Positions 1 to 12,835 of a DNA stretch of 64,000 nucleotides are shown piece after piece. The notes below the pieces were generated by a model. It did no database searches. It had not been told where the DNA came from and saw only the letters and a list, made by a program, of their open reading frames with translations. The translations under genes were made by a program, and so were the position numbers. The stretch's first letter is position 1; every line of letters starts with the position of its first letter. Source of the stretch: Patellaria atrata CBS 101060 (Eukaryota); NCBI GenBank assembly GCA_010093705.1, contig MU006089.1:1785561-1849560 (forward strand). Reading direction: 5' to 3'.

Positions 1-571
1 GATCATGGTAGGAAAAACAACCAACGCAGTAATTTATAACTGTATCTATTAGCTCTCTGTTCTTCGATAGATGCTTGTACAGGTACGCGATAGTCTCGCA
101 AATATCGGCTGGGGGGGTAGGTTGGCTACAAGCCAGTTCGGTCTCGCGGGTCATGTTTGCCCTCGCCGAGACTTGCAACTCGGGAAGGTCAAACAGTACA
201 CCCATACGGAAGAGTTGGGCGTGAATGAGAAGTGAGTAGTAGGCTTGGTCCTGAATCGTGATATCGTCGGGGGAGGCAGCAGGGGCTTCGGTATTCTGAG
301 ATCGACAAAGGCAATGGATATCCTCAAGCAGGTAGTCTCCCATGAACAAGAATCGTAGGAAACAGATGACGGCAGTACGGGAGTCAGCTTCAATAATTCC
401 CCTCATGTTGAAGGATTCATCGAACTCGAATGTGTAACCTAGCAATGGACATTTGGGGCCCAGAACGCGAACGTCCAAGTTTTCGATTTTTGAAACAGAT
501 CCGTCAGGTGTGCGAATTGTAAGTGAATCGTTTCCAACTGCGAAGGGACCTAAGAAGCAAAGACCTTCCAT
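1..571 (-). CDS. BTB/POZ-like fungal protein, 5' part (runs off the left edge; absent from the ORF track)
   Basis: Open frame from ATG at 571 to the window edge: MEGLCFLGPF...AVICFLRFLFMGDYL...YSLLIHAQLFRMGVLFDLPELQVSA...DICETIAYLY; the FLRFLxxGDY and LLxHAQ...FDLPEL segments resemble fungal BTB-domain proteins. Confidence 0.7.
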   Translation of the reverse strand, partial: MEGLCFLGPFAVGNDSLTIRTPDGSVSKIENLDVRVLGPKCPLLGYTFEFDESFNMRGIIEADSRTAVICFLRFLFMGDYLLEDIHCLCRSQNTEAPAASPDDITIQDQAYYSLLIHAQLFRMGVLFDLPELQVSARANMTRETELACSQPTPPADICETIAYLYKHLSKNRELIDTVINYCVGCFSYHD

Positions 572-3224
572 GGCTAGTATGAATTGCGCTGAATTATCTT
601 GTAGAGGTAAGTAGAATTACGGCTCTGGTGAGTGATTTCAAGAGCGGATAGGTGAAACGCGATGAGAGCGGAATGGTGGTAATGGTTCCCGAACCGGAAG
701 ATGTTCAAAAATGCAGTATGGTATATGTCTGTCGTGGTTGCGTTCTGGCTTACCAGTGAGAAAGCTATGGCGAGAGATGGTGGGTGAAATGCGGCTTCAG
801 TCGTGATTGCGAAGTTTCTGACTAGTGGTGGTGTTGTTTCAAAACGAACCAAAAAGAGTAAGTGGAGGTAGAGAAGAAGTTTAGAAGATTCAGGTCGTTC
901 AACTCAGGTGGTCAAGGCTGAAGAGATAGATTGGGCTACTTGTTCCAAAACTAGGCAACGATGACTACCTTAGAGCTCGATGTGAGGTAGTAAGGTAAGA
1001 GAAAATGAGAGAAAACAAAACCAATAGAACTCAATCTTACTCACCTTACGTCATTCAATAATTTCCACTGGGCGGACCTTCTCCCGGGCCTTGTCCTACT
1101 GTCTTGCAATAGCTATACAAAACCCGTGACTTTGACGAGTCCATGTAGTCTATAAGACCAGCAGAACGGTTTGTAGTCAGCAACCTTGAGGCCGCGGCAT
1201 AGAACCCGGCTCCCGGACCGAATGTGAAGCATGAGAGGTCTCAACGAATGACAGTCAATTGAAAAGAGGAAGAAAAATTCCTAACCGTTCACCTGTTGGG
1301 GGCCATTTGTTCTGAGATCTCATAAGGTATTAAAATACTGCAGTAAGGTAAAACAACTAGATCCTTTTTAAGTTAGACTCGACCGGGATTCAGCTGCAAC
1401 CTTAAATCGCCAAGCAGTATCTCAGAGTAGCTGTTAGTAGGTATGCTGAGGTGCAGACCGGCTGAGTGATTATAATTTGGAGTAGATTCGGGAGATTTTC
1501 TTTCAGCTAGGGTATTGAGGTGAGGTGTGAGATATGCCGAATAAGATTTCTTGTTTGGTCGACTGGAGTCTTTCCCTTCTCAAGAAGACCTTAAAGTATC
1601 TGAAATGACACGGAACGGAATGGAGCTTTGCTTATAGTGGAGGTTCGGTAGACTGTCTCCAGAGGTAGACAAGTGGAATTGAGTACTGAGATAAACAGAA
1701 GCCTCGAAAACCGAAGAGTCCAAGGTAAGTTTCGAGAATTGCCGGTATTTTTGAACCTTACGTGTGGAACCAGATATTAGCCCAGTTTACGTCACTGAAG
1801 AATGCCTCATACCCATTCCCCATCACGCTATTTCTCGCCTACTGTACACTCACCCTTAAAGGTGTCCTCGACTGTACTGTAGAGAGGAGAATATACTGGG
1901 CGTCCGTAACTGTGCGAACATGCTCAAGATATCGATCTCCTTGCATACTTCCCCTACTCAAGAGGTCTCTAACTCTTGTGTACAATAAAGTCGAAATATA
2001 CACGATAACACATCCATATGGAAGGGCTAACTGTATAGACGACTGGGATCGGAGAGGTTGCAGGATTGAAAGCCTTCCTGTAGCATCCTCTATAAGCGTA
2101 CAGAACTTCAGGATTGCGAACCACAATTAGGAAGGGGACATGACTCGCATAAGGATATAGCACTGCACAACAGAATAGAACTTGAGCAGTCTCGAACTTT
2201 ATGTGATTCTTGACTTTCAAGCCGGTTACGAGGGAGCGTTACGATGGAGGATGCGGAAAGAGATATCGGAGATTGGATCAGATAGAAAAGGGTGAGATTA
2301 ATTATTTAAGTGGTATGACTAGGGTCATGACAAACAAAATAGACAACCTTTATCACTTACAACACGAACCTGGAAACCTAGTAATGATGGCCATCAATAG
2401 AAAGGCCACCATATGGAGTATGTTGACGTATTGAAAGGCGATGTCATAAGATAGGATTTGCTGGGAAGTAGTCCCTATAGGTCTTGTAGGGAAACGTCAC
2501 TGTGGTGCTTGGTCTCATACAGATCAATATGGACGACAGTACCATCGCTTCGAACGTATAGCTGACGAGATATGACTTGACGCAAAGACACAAGGACCCA
2601 AGATAATATACATTCTCGTACATACAGTACGGAGACCTGAACCACCAGTGCTCATAGATCCGGGTGTTCCTGAGCTGGTCTGCTAGATAGAAGCCGTCAC
2701 GAACACTCACCAGCAGCAATATAAAATTGGAAAGAATGAATGCATGGAGAAATTGTGAAAAGGCGGGGCGAAGAAAGAGAGGAGCCACCAAAGTATGGAA
2801 TAGGGGATAAAAAGAGAGTAAGTGTAACAGAGCACTCAAAAGAAGATAAAAATCTAGTATGTTTTAGCGCAGGATAAAATGGTTTCAAAAATCTAGAACT
2901 AGATACGTTACTGATCAATTGTACAGTGTAATTGCACGTAGAACAAAATACAATAGTGGGAAAGCTCTTTGTACAGTTTATGAAACTAAAGTCGAGACTG
3001 CGAGCTACTTCTATATGCCCCTTTTCAATTAAGGTTGCGTCCGAGCTTTATGAGCCTTTGGTGGCTTCCCGTCCCACCTTCGGTTTAGGCGGCGATCGTA
3101 ACGTCAATCGTCCCCAGTGTGACCGAATCAGCCCAAGTACCTGGCTCTCACGGCTCTTTATAGTAAACCTGGCAAGTTGATTATTTCATTTAACAACTAT
3201 TTCCTACTCAGCCCAAAGAGACAC

Positions 3225-3656
3225 ATGGGTTCCTTCTCTATTCTCCCTGATTCATACAGTGGTCTTGAGACTTGGCTTGTCCGGATATTCGTACGTCTAT
3301 GTCTATAAGCATCAATCTGACCATCGTCCACGACTGAGACTTGCTAATGTGTCTGACAGTTCATATGCGGCTTGATAACCATTGGACCATGGGCGGCATT
3401 GCTCATCTACGACGTTCTTTTGTACTGTTTCCGATGGATTGCCTATGAGATACCTATATTGGGTGGCAGAGCAAGAGGAAGACAACGACCACGAGCTCCT
3501 AGTCTTACGGAAAGGCCTAGCGGCCATCGTCGACGCTTCAGTCTTGCGAGACCCGGCGTAGAGGATGGCTTAGCAATATCAACTGGAAGAACTGGGAGAC
3601 GCCGGTCAAACCTCGAAGAGAGACATAGAGACCCCACCATACCGGAAGATGAATAG
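3225..3656 (+). CDS. Small fungal membrane protein, hypothetical (2 exons: 3225-3290, 3360-3656)
   Basis: ATG 3225; GTACGT...GCTAAT...ACAG intron 3291-3359 joins MGSFSILPDSYSGLETWLVRIF in frame to FICGLITIGPWAALLIYDVLLY...GGRARGRQRPRAPSLTERPSG; hydrophobic segment followed by a basic tail. Confidence 0.8.
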
Positions 3657-4672
3657 ATTCAGAAAATAAACCAGAATAGAATCACATACTTCGTAGTGAT
3701 AGACACATATTCATCCACGTCTTTGGTTGCTTTCCTAGTTTATCTGGCTCTCTTCCAACATCTCGCAAAGACTGATCATGATTCTATTACCTCACTTTTG
3801 GAATGCTTTCCCCTGGACAGTGGTGTTCTTAGTTTAATAAGAACGTCGGAATCTACTCCGGAAGGTGTTTTATTATGAATGGCGATCAATTTCTCGAGCT
3901 CTATGAAACCGTTGACCGCACCAATAGATCGGAACCCTGACTGGTTTCCGTCTTTTCACACGTACTTTTTTCTGTGAGTTTACTGTGAACGGGAACGTTA
4001 TCCTAGGGATTGGTAGTACATTATGTATAGATCTCGTGGGGGTGGAACGCGTTAATCGCTCACAAACGTGTCTGTCGTCAGCAATGCCTCTTTCAGGGCC
4101 GTACCCTTGCTTGCGAAACGGTCGGAGAGATAGAGCAAGGCAAAGATGTTGCGGTATGCACACCAGATACCGTATTATTTGCAGATTTGTCAATGGATCA
4201 CGCCCTATAGTTTTGTTGGGGCGAGGCAAGATGTTTGCTTCTCCTCACTCAGTTACACACGATTTGGCCTGCTGGTATTTTAGCAAATACTCTGTCAAGG
4301 CGTAAGCTAATGACCAATGAGCACATAGATACTTTCACAGAAGTTCTAAGGCTTTCCGAGTAAGGACTTACCTGCAGCTAATGTTTGGTCCTATGACACC
4401 ACATCCAGCAAAGAATTGACGTCTATTCAGCTCAGCCCGGTCGAAAACACTTATCAGTCAATATTCCACGCCTTTCTAATAACCAGGAAGTCGCTTGGAA
4501 TTGTTTGAGTGTACTTGAGATGCTTGTAACATCGCATATCAGCGGTGAGAAATTCTCTTGGGGATTCCGTTCATCTCATCTTATAAATGCACATGTCTAT
4601 CATCGAATCTCCGGATTGATGATCTTCCTGAATTACCATATTTCTTTCTATAATTGAAAACTTCTGGATAAT

Positions 4673-5381
4673 ATGACGGCTTATCCCTCTTCTGCAAGAT
4701 TTGATGATCATATTCGCATGCCTTCCAGTCCGTATGGGATGGACCCTCGAAGTCCCCATATTATACCAGGTCAAATGGATCCTTCGTACGATCCTGGTCG
4801 ACGAGGGATGGAGAGTGACTACTTTGCTGGACCAGGAGGTCAGCATCGAGATAGTTACATTCCCCGGACACCGTTTCCCCTTGGATTCGAACCGGAACTT
4901 ATCAATCTCGACTCTCCCCATAGGGTAGATGAACTTGTACGAAGGTAGAAATCGAATACTAGGAGTGTTAAGCAGGTCTAACTTGTATAGAACCAACCTC
5001 AATGTCCAAATGGTCAACGGTCACATCACAAGGGAATCCCGATACGCTCAAATACAACCTAAAATGTGTTCAGATGGAAAGTTTCCGCAAGATTTTCGAA
5101 CCGCAAGGACCGTGGAGGAATTCAGATTACTAGATTGTAGGTCTCTTTCCATCTGTTTCAAGCGAGATCTAACGGAGGAGTTAGCAACGGCTCTCGAACG
5201 TATCCTTCAAGCGTATCATCTTCCCCCTTTACCTATGGATAATAGAGCTGTCCGTCTCCATAGGGAGAGTAGATCGCCTGTTCAACATTACCGACTAATT
5301 ACTCTCTACGACTATCTTGGGGCCACCTCTCTCGCAGAAAGTGAGAGACACAAAGTTGGTTTACGCCATACAATACTCTAA
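4673..5381 (+). CDS. Hypothetical protein (3 exons: 4673-4944, 4991-5136, 5185-5381)
   Basis: Two track ORFs (4673..4948, 4929..5381) are joined in frame by a GTAGAA..CTAAC..TAG intron (4945-4990); a second GTAGGT..CTAAC..TAG intron is likely at 5137-5184. Confidence 0.65.
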
Positions 5382-5806
5382 ACTTCTTGTAAACGTACTT
5401 TTCGTCCCATAACAGCAAACAGGTCTCATGCGCAAAGTACTAAAAGTATTGCCCTGTGAATGATCCATGATGTCTTGGTTGCGAGCTCCTGGTTCTTTTT
5501 TTATTACTATTACTTATCGTTACCGTTTCATAAATTCTTTGGTTTGCGGATCAACTTTGCGAGTTTCAGGAATAGCAGTTTCTAAAGGATGTTAGTCATT
5601 CTAATGCCGCTTTACTCAATGAGGAATTGTTTTCCTGTTCTGAAGAGGGGAGCTCATTAGCTTCCCTGCTAAGCTAAACATTATGATAGATATATATGTA
5701 TAAAGAATACATACCTTAAATACCTCAGATCTTTACCTAGTTGAACTTGTGAAGCTGCAGATTCCTTAGTTCCCCTTTCCCACGAGATTCCCACTGCAGT
5801 CAGGTT

Positions 5807-7088
5807 ATGACTATGTGGGCGATAATACAGCCTTCAAAACCCACTTCATGTGTAGTCGCTTGCTTTCTTCTCTTATCATGGGTCATATATAAGCTTTCAA
5901 AGACGAGAAGATCCAATGTAAGACAATGTTTCGAATGTACTATACGTATTTCTCAGAACTCTACTTAGCTATTCGTTTGATTCTTCTATATCATTTCATA
6001 CAACTAATGATATCCTCAAGGAGCTCAAGACCAATCTAGTCAAACCTTCTCCAAACACCGAGAAGAACATATACGAAGATATCCAACCCCTTCCCAACTT
6101 CAACTGGAAAGAAACAGAACCACTTCAACTCCGCCCCTTCAAACCCAAATATCACCTCACCATGGGCAAGTTCCCCCTCTCCAAGAACCTAACCCCCCTA
6201 ATCCCCGCAGCGCTAGAAAACATATCGATATCCGAACTTCTTGAAATAGACAACACCTACCTCACCCGCCTCCACCTCCGGCGCTCCCTCATATCCCAAC
6301 ACAGCTTCCACACCATCGCCGCCAACCCCCGCATCGCCCCCGCCATCACGGAATTCTACACCTGGATCTTCGGCACCTATCTCCCGCGGCGTTTTCCCAC
6401 AATCTACGTCCTGCACCCTTCCACGCTGCTCAACACAGCCACAAACGAATATATCCCCCTCGTCCCCGCTAACGCCATCGCAGCCCTCGAAATCCTCGCC
6501 GCACACGTGGATACCGATTTCCTCTTCCTGCTCCCCGATGAGGAGGGGAAATATAAACTCGAGGGCTTCGCGACGTGCTTTCCCTCCGGCTTCGACACGC
6601 GGCGGAAACTCGGCCTCTCGCTCGCGGACATCCATGCCCCGGTGCCCGGCTACAAAGCCCGTCTCGAGAAATCCATGGATCGGTTTTTCGCCTCGTTGGC
6701 GGTGGGAAGGGTGGTGAGGAGGGGAAATTGGAGTGTGGCTACGCGGACGGAGTTATTTAGGTTGGAGGGGAGTCATTTGTATGAGGATGATGTCGGGGGG
6801 GAAGGAGGGGAAGGGGAAGCGGGGAATGGGGAGATGGAGGAAATTGACTTCGAGCAGACGATTGTGAGGTGTGAGCGTCAGACGCTGCATAGACTCCCGC
6901 GGACGGGCGCGCTGGTGTTCGCGTTTAAGACGTATGCATATCCGATTAGGAAGATTAGGGAGGAGGGCAGTGGGAAGGTGCTTGCGATGGCTATTGATGG
7001 GTTGGGGGAGGGGAATGTACCCGGCATGAAGGTGTATAAGAGGGGTGTTGTTTGGGGGGAGAGGGTGAAGGAGTTCTTGCTAAGTTGA
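5807..7088 (+). CDS. DUF3445 / heme-dependent oxidative N-demethylase alpha-subunit-like (HRQ-family) protein (exons 5807-5917, 6021-6165, 6211-7088)
   Basis: Family-type motifs PFKPKYHLTMAL, CFPSGF, GLSLADIHAPVPGY, RGNWSV, RCERQTLHRLPRTGALVFAFKTY; exon 1 encodes an N-terminal hydrophobic helix; splice phases are consistent. Confidence 0.85.
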
Positions 7089-8111
7089 TTATAGATGGAT
7101 TGTTTGTGGTGTGGTGGATTTTGGGAGGGCGAGGAGTATGGGAGTATGGGAGTATGGTGGTATGGTAAGGAGATTGGTGAATGCGCACGAGAGTGCTCAT
7201 ATGTAGAAAGAGTACTAGAAAAATAGTCGTAATGCACTCCCACCCTACCTCCAGGTGGACCCCCCCCCCCCGGGGGGGGGGCCCCAATTACCCACCCCAA
7301 CCCCAACTAACCCCCCGCAGAGCAGTCTAATCACGACCTCCTCTGTCGCCTCCTCATCCCCCTTTCCCCAAACGCAAACACCTTTGGTTCAATCCCTCCG
7401 TGTGTCTTTATCAGCAAACCTCAGGCCAAAGGATCGCAGCGGCAGCAAAGAGTCCTTCGTGGGGTTCAAGGAGCTCCTAGGGGGTTATTGTTTTGTCGAC
7501 CTTTTTCTGACTGTTTTGATTTGAGTTTTGCTTTGGCTTATGATTGTTCTATGGGTTTAGCTTATTATTTTCTTCTGGACGGGTTGGGGTTATGGTGGTT
7601 TGGGGGGATGAGGTTTGAACGTGATGAGGATTTTTATGGGAACTGTAATCGTGGTTTTGGAAGCCATACTTGACGAGGAGGTAAGTGTGAGATGTGGTAA
7701 TATTAGGCCTTTTTAAGGTAGAACCAGTGGATTTCGGGACTAAAATACTGGACGGTTCAAACACAAATATAAGTAAGTGTCTTTTGAGACTGCGATATGA
7801 GAAAAAGAAGGGGTTGAAACCACGACACCATAGAAAGCGAAAGTACGAAACACCAAGATATGAAGAAAAATATTCTGAGATAAGTCTACGCTATTGTAGA
7901 CATGAAAATATTCCTCACCGGAGCACCAACGAGGCACGCTCATACCAAATATAATACCAGGAGAGACCGAAAGCTCCATTATGACCATACCGACACGACA
8001 ACTTTTGAAGCACCCTGCGCCAGTCGTGATAAACGCCGATCCCACTGCAATAATCGCCTCCTTACGCCATACCGTTCAAAGACTACCATCTGACCATTCC
8101 TCCTCTTTAGC

Positions 8112-9195
8112 TTACCTGGGCGTACTCTCCCCAGCAATCCTTCCCCTAGCTTCATTCCCACTGACACTCCTTCCACCCTCACTCGCCGCCACACTCACAC
8201 TCCTGCGACTCTCCACCGAGCTTGTCCTCCTCCGTCCCGCAAGCATAGCCTCCAGTTCCCTAACCCTCCGTCTCAAGACTTCATTCTCCCTCTTCGCCTC
8301 CTCAAGCTCCATCCTTTGCCCTTGCACCTCCTCATACCTGGGCGAGCTGAGCGGTACCGCCCCAAGCGACGATACCGATCCGCCTGTTCTCTCCCGCTGT
8401 GCAGGTCCGTTCGCTATATCGCGCGCGCCGTCGTATACGTGGGAAGCGGTGATGGAAACGCGGTGAGGAAATACGGTGTTGGCGATTCCGGAGGGTGTGT
8501 GTGCGGTCGTGCTGGTGCGACTTAGAGACGAAGAACTACGGTGTCGACGCGCTGTTGTAGGGTGAGTGAGCCCGACCAAGGGATTTGTGGCGGGGTGTTC
8601 GACGTCTGTGACGAGGGTGGGGTCGCGGGTGGAGGTGGAGGATGCGGTAGAGGCGACGGAGGCGGAGTGAGCGCGAAGGGCGGAGAGTTCTCTGGTTAAG
8701 CGGTTGACCTGAGGAGGAGTGGGGTCAGCTCGGGGGAGAGGGGGGGAGAAGTGAGGAAAGTGGTGTTGTTTAGGGCGCGCCCCCCGTTACGAAGCGGAGA
8801 GAATTCGAGGGGCGGGGAAGATAAGGATCTTTTGTGATCTTGGACTTTTGAGAGGAGGTACGTACCACAGCTTCTTGTTCTTTCTCAAGCTCCAAGTGTA
8901 GCTCTGCCGCGGTGAGTGGACGTGGGTGCCTCATTGGAACGCCGGAAGAATCAACGCTCTGTGGAGGATTGGCTCCTGGGGTTATCGGGCTGAGAGGAGG
9001 GAAAGGATGAGTAGCTTGGTGGTGTGTGACTGGTGGTAAGGTTCCTCCTGGTGATGCTAGAGGAAGAGGTGGAGGGCTCATAGGATAGATCTGTGATGCG
9101 CGTCTAGAGGTTGGTAGCGAGGGAACGCTGGTAGTTGTAGTAGAGGGATTCGGAGGGCGAGGAGACGGGGGGACTGAGTTAAGATCTGGAGCCAT
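8112..9195 (-). CDS. Conserved fungal coiled-coil, low-complexity hypothetical protein (exons 9195-8866, 8708-8112)
   Basis: MAPDLNS...MRHPRPLTAAELHLELEKEQEAV|VNRLTRELSALRAHSASVAST joined by a GTACGT..CTGAC..CAG intron; C-terminal coiled coil LEEAKRENEVLRRRVRELE. Confidence 0.8.
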
Positions 9196-9698
9196 GATGT
9201 GGATTTCGAAAGGCTGATCTCGGGCGATACGCCGTGAAACTTAGAATGTGATGTTGGAGCCTATGATGTAGCATGCAGGTGAGAAGAGCTGAGGACTTGG
9301 TGGGGCAGTCTGTCAACAACTTTACCGGTGTGAACGTTGAAGTTATAGCTGCTTGGGAAGAGTTGAGTAACTGTGATTGCTTTGAAGAACTGCAGGTACA
9401 GGACAAGGATGCCAGGAGCTCCTCTCACCCCATTCTTGCGTTCCTGTCGCGTTGTTGCGATGTGTTGGCGATGTCGTCGGATCAAGGAGGGAAGCTCCTC
9501 CGCAAGAACTCCCTCGTTCATTCGAGCTCCAAAATCATTTACAGCGTCATAAACATTTTCAAATTCAATGATGCCATATTCTTCTAAACTTAGTACATGT
9601 CATCCTCTAGCGTACGATAATTGACGAAAGTCAATATTCGGAAGTGATAAAAGAAAAGGAGTCATATTTACAAGTCTATGCTACACTACAGGATGCTA

Positions 9699-11332
9699 CT
9701 ACAAAAATTCCATACCAACACCGAATGATAGTCCCTTTCTACCTTCTTCACCCCTTCTTAACACCAATGGTAAAGAGAAATTAATTTCAAACCGCGCAAT
9801 TGGGTGCGCATATACCAGCCCAATGCCCGCAGCACAACTGGGGAGCCCGTTCTTGAGCTCCGCGAGAGTCCTCTTCATGCTGTCCGCAACAGCCTCACTA
9901 TCCATCTGGCCATCCTTTCTTCTTCCCTTTAGCGCTAATAGACGGCCTCCGTTGATAAATGCCTGAAACCGAACTGGCGTATCCTTACCAGCCCGAGGAA
10001 GAGGCAAAAGGAGACTGGCACCACCCGCAGCATACACATCTCCCCCGACCGCATCGGGCCCATCCCGAGGCCCTAATCCCGAAAGACGGAAACCCCGGAC
10101 ATCGGTCGGCCCACCGAGTTGAAAGCGGTCGTTGATGCGGGATTGAACGGGGATATCCCCTCCACCGACGGTAAGGGGATACAGCATACCTCCTCGGAGA
10201 CCAGCAGTGAATGAGGCGCCAGTAGCTCCAAATGGTAGAGCGGCCTGAGTCTCGAGCTCTATCTTTCCGAAACCTACATCCCCACGTAGAGCGCCGAACC
10301 CAGCAACTTCCGTGACTGTTTTCATGAGGTAACCTCGGGTTGGCAATAGGGGAAAATCCCGCTTGTCGTTAACCCATGTATGAGTTAGGCTGGACTTGAA
10401 CGAATCCCCTGCATCATTTCTAACCGTAGGGGAGGCCTTTTCTGCAAGACCGGTTACTTGCCGCCATGCGCCAGAATACCCAAGTTCATGTCTGTGACCG
10501 TCCCCTGTCATCCACTTAAGTTTCGTACTTCCTCCTCTTAGCACCTCTTCATGACTTGCCCAGTCCTTCAATGTCGAGCTGGCTAGCCCGCCCAATTCTA
10601 ATCTTACATCTGGGTTGCTAAATAGTGGAGTGCTGAAAGCAGCAGAGTAAGCGGAACGTGTCCTGGTTCCTAAAGAGGCACTTGCATTGAAGAATTCGGC
10701 ACCACCAAAGATATTACGTAGAAGCACGCTGAGATAAGCTGATCCTTCCGCAGTGCCGGCTTCTGTTCCTGTCTGAATCTTATACCATGGTCTTTCCTTT
10801 ACAGATATATACGCAGCTATATCCGTCGGGGTAGTTGAAGGATCGCTAGGGTCAGGCTTGTCAATGAAAATAGAGATCGGAGGTTCAAAGATGTCGAATC
10901 TTTGAAGTTTCCCAGCCGCTATCGATATCTCCTTGATCGCCTCGTTGAGGTTATATGACTGGTCTTGATTTGCGCTAAGAATTGGTCTGAATAATCTTTC
11001 TAGGAAACCCCTTCTCGTATGCTTTGCATTCAGAACGCGTATTGATGAGATAGTAACCGGCAGAGTATTGTTTTGACCGAGCTACACTTTTCGTCAATTC
11101 CTAAGCAACGATTGAAACCTAAAGGTACCCACAAGCTCAGCTAATCTCTGCTGGGACTTTTCATATTGCTCGTGAACCCGCGCATTGAATTCCTTCTCCC
11201 GCTTTTCCTGCTCTTTCGGGTCCACTTTCTGCCTCAGCTTGTCGAAGATCTAGACAACCGCTATTAGTATCATTGATTTGCAGATAACCTGGGAACGCCT
11301 ATACTCACATCATCTTCCAGCGGCGAAGCCAT
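9699..11332 (-). CDS. SAM50: Mitochondrial outer-membrane SAM complex beta-barrel subunit Sam50/Tob55 (Omp85 family; exons 11332-11309, 11249-11133, 11081-9699)
   Basis: Omp85 motif DRFQLGGPTDVRGF, C-terminal beta-signal GLSFGVGMEFL, N-terminal POTRA-like region; two short GT-AG introns keep the frame. Confidence 0.95.
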
Positions 11333-11658
11333 TGAGGCTCCTCTGTAATAGTTATTGCGTCGTCTGGTCGATCACGAGCAAGCTTCCCGAAACTCAACCT
11401 CATCGGCCGGCTGTTTTCCGGCTGCCAAGCGATGTCTCTCAACTGACTCAACTGGTCAAACAGTTCGACCGCAACCCTTCCGTCCACTTCCTAAGCCAAA
11501 CAATTTATATTCTGACAACAAACACCTCCGAACCCTATAAACAACCCTTCTCATCTACCAACATTCCTTGATGACCCACACACTCTCTCAAAACTAACAA
11601 ATCTCACTCTCGTCACCGCCAGAACCACATCCTCACACCCACCTCTCCCTCACCCAAA

Positions 11659-12507
11659 ATGGCCACGACAGCCGCAACAAAGCGCCTAACCAAAGAATAC
11701 GCCAGCATATCCAAAAACCCCCCTCCCTACATAACCGCGCACCCCTCCGACCACAACATCCTCGAATGGCACTACATCCTCACCGGCCCCCCCGCAACCC
11801 CCTACACAGGCGGCCAATACTGGGGCACTCTCATCTTCCCGCCTACCTACCCCTTCGCGCCACCCGCGATCCGCATGCACACGCCCTCGGGTCGCTTCCA
11901 GCCCTCGACCCGCCTCTGCCTCTCCATCTCCGACTTCCACCCCAAGAGCTTCAATCCGGCCTGGGAAGTCAGCACGATCCTGCTGGGCCTGCAGAGCTTC
12001 ATGACGTCGGAGGAGATGACAACAGGGAGCATGCGGGCCTCGGAGTCCGAGCGAAAGATGTACGCCGCACAGTCGCGCTGGTGGAACTCCACCGGCGGCG
12101 GCTCCACCCAAAAGCGTGTGCAAACCCAACCCTCCGCGGCGCAAAGCCAGAACCCGAATTCAAACACCCGCGGTATCGGCGCTATTAAGGCCGGTGATGG
12201 TGGCGCCAAGTTCGCGGCTGAGTGGCCGGATCTCGATGCTGAGAATTGGGCCTGGATGAAGGAGCAGCGGGTCGATCCGGCGACGGGACGGGCGGCTGCG
12301 CTGGCGTGTTCGCCCGAGGCGGCGGCGTTGAGGAGGCGCCCGGATGGGAGCCATATCGGTGTTGCGGGGGTCGTGGAGGGGGGACAGCAGGTTGCGAGGG
12401 AGGGACAGGGGTGGTGGGGTCGTCATAGGTGGAGTGTAGTCGTGTGCGTGCTGTTTGGGTATGTGATATTGGCGAGGGTGTTGAGGGATGAGAATGCTGG
12501 GGGATGA
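11659..12507 (+). CDS. UBC6: ER tail-anchored ubiquitin-conjugating enzyme E2 (Ubc6/UBE2J)
   Basis: ATKRLTKEY, NILEWHYILTGPPATPYTGGQYWG, TPSGRF, RLCLSISDFHP (catalytic Cys), C-terminal TM helix; single exon. Confidence 0.96.
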   Translation: MATTAATKRLTKEYASISKNPPPYITAHPSDHNILEWHYILTGPPATPYTGGQYWGTLIFPPTYPFAPPAIRMHTPSGRFQPSTRLCLSISDFHPKSFNPAWEVSTILLGLQSFMTSEEMTTGSMRASESERKMYAAQSRWWNSTGGGSTQKRVQTQPSAAQSQNPNSNTRGIGAIKAGDGGAKFAAEWPDLDAENWAWMKEQRVDPATGRAAALACSPEAAALRRRPDGSHIGVAGVVEGGQQVAREGQGWWGRHRWSVVVCVLFGYVILARVLRDENAGG

Positions 12508-12835
12508 TGACTTGAGGGATGGGAATGCTGGGAGATGATAGCCTGAGAATACGACGGGGATTTAGAAAAGTGAAGTTCGGTACTGTGGCATTTTGTGGAA
12601 GGATGGGTTTATGGCGCTGGTGCATGTGATGGGAAAGGCGTCATGCTTGCGATTCGGGGTGATTGCTCAAATGACTTGCTTAACGATAATCTGACAGATG
12701 GATACAAGAAGCACCTGGATAGCTAATAAAACCAAACTCTATAACCCAACCATCAATCCTCTATCCCCCCCATGTTTTCTCGAAGCACCGTAGACACAAT
12801 GAATCATACCTCCCCTCCCACTTACCCGGGTGAAC

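Noticed and set aside
1762..3180. Cluster of short ORFs (70-130 aa)
   Set aside because: Mostly non-ATG starts, no motifs and no consistent splice model found; treated as intergenic or UTR.
4366..4374. ACTTACCTG, resembling the U1 snRNA 5' end
   Set aside because: No U1 stem-loop I/II motifs or Sm site follow; more simply a splice-donor-like sequence on the minus strand.
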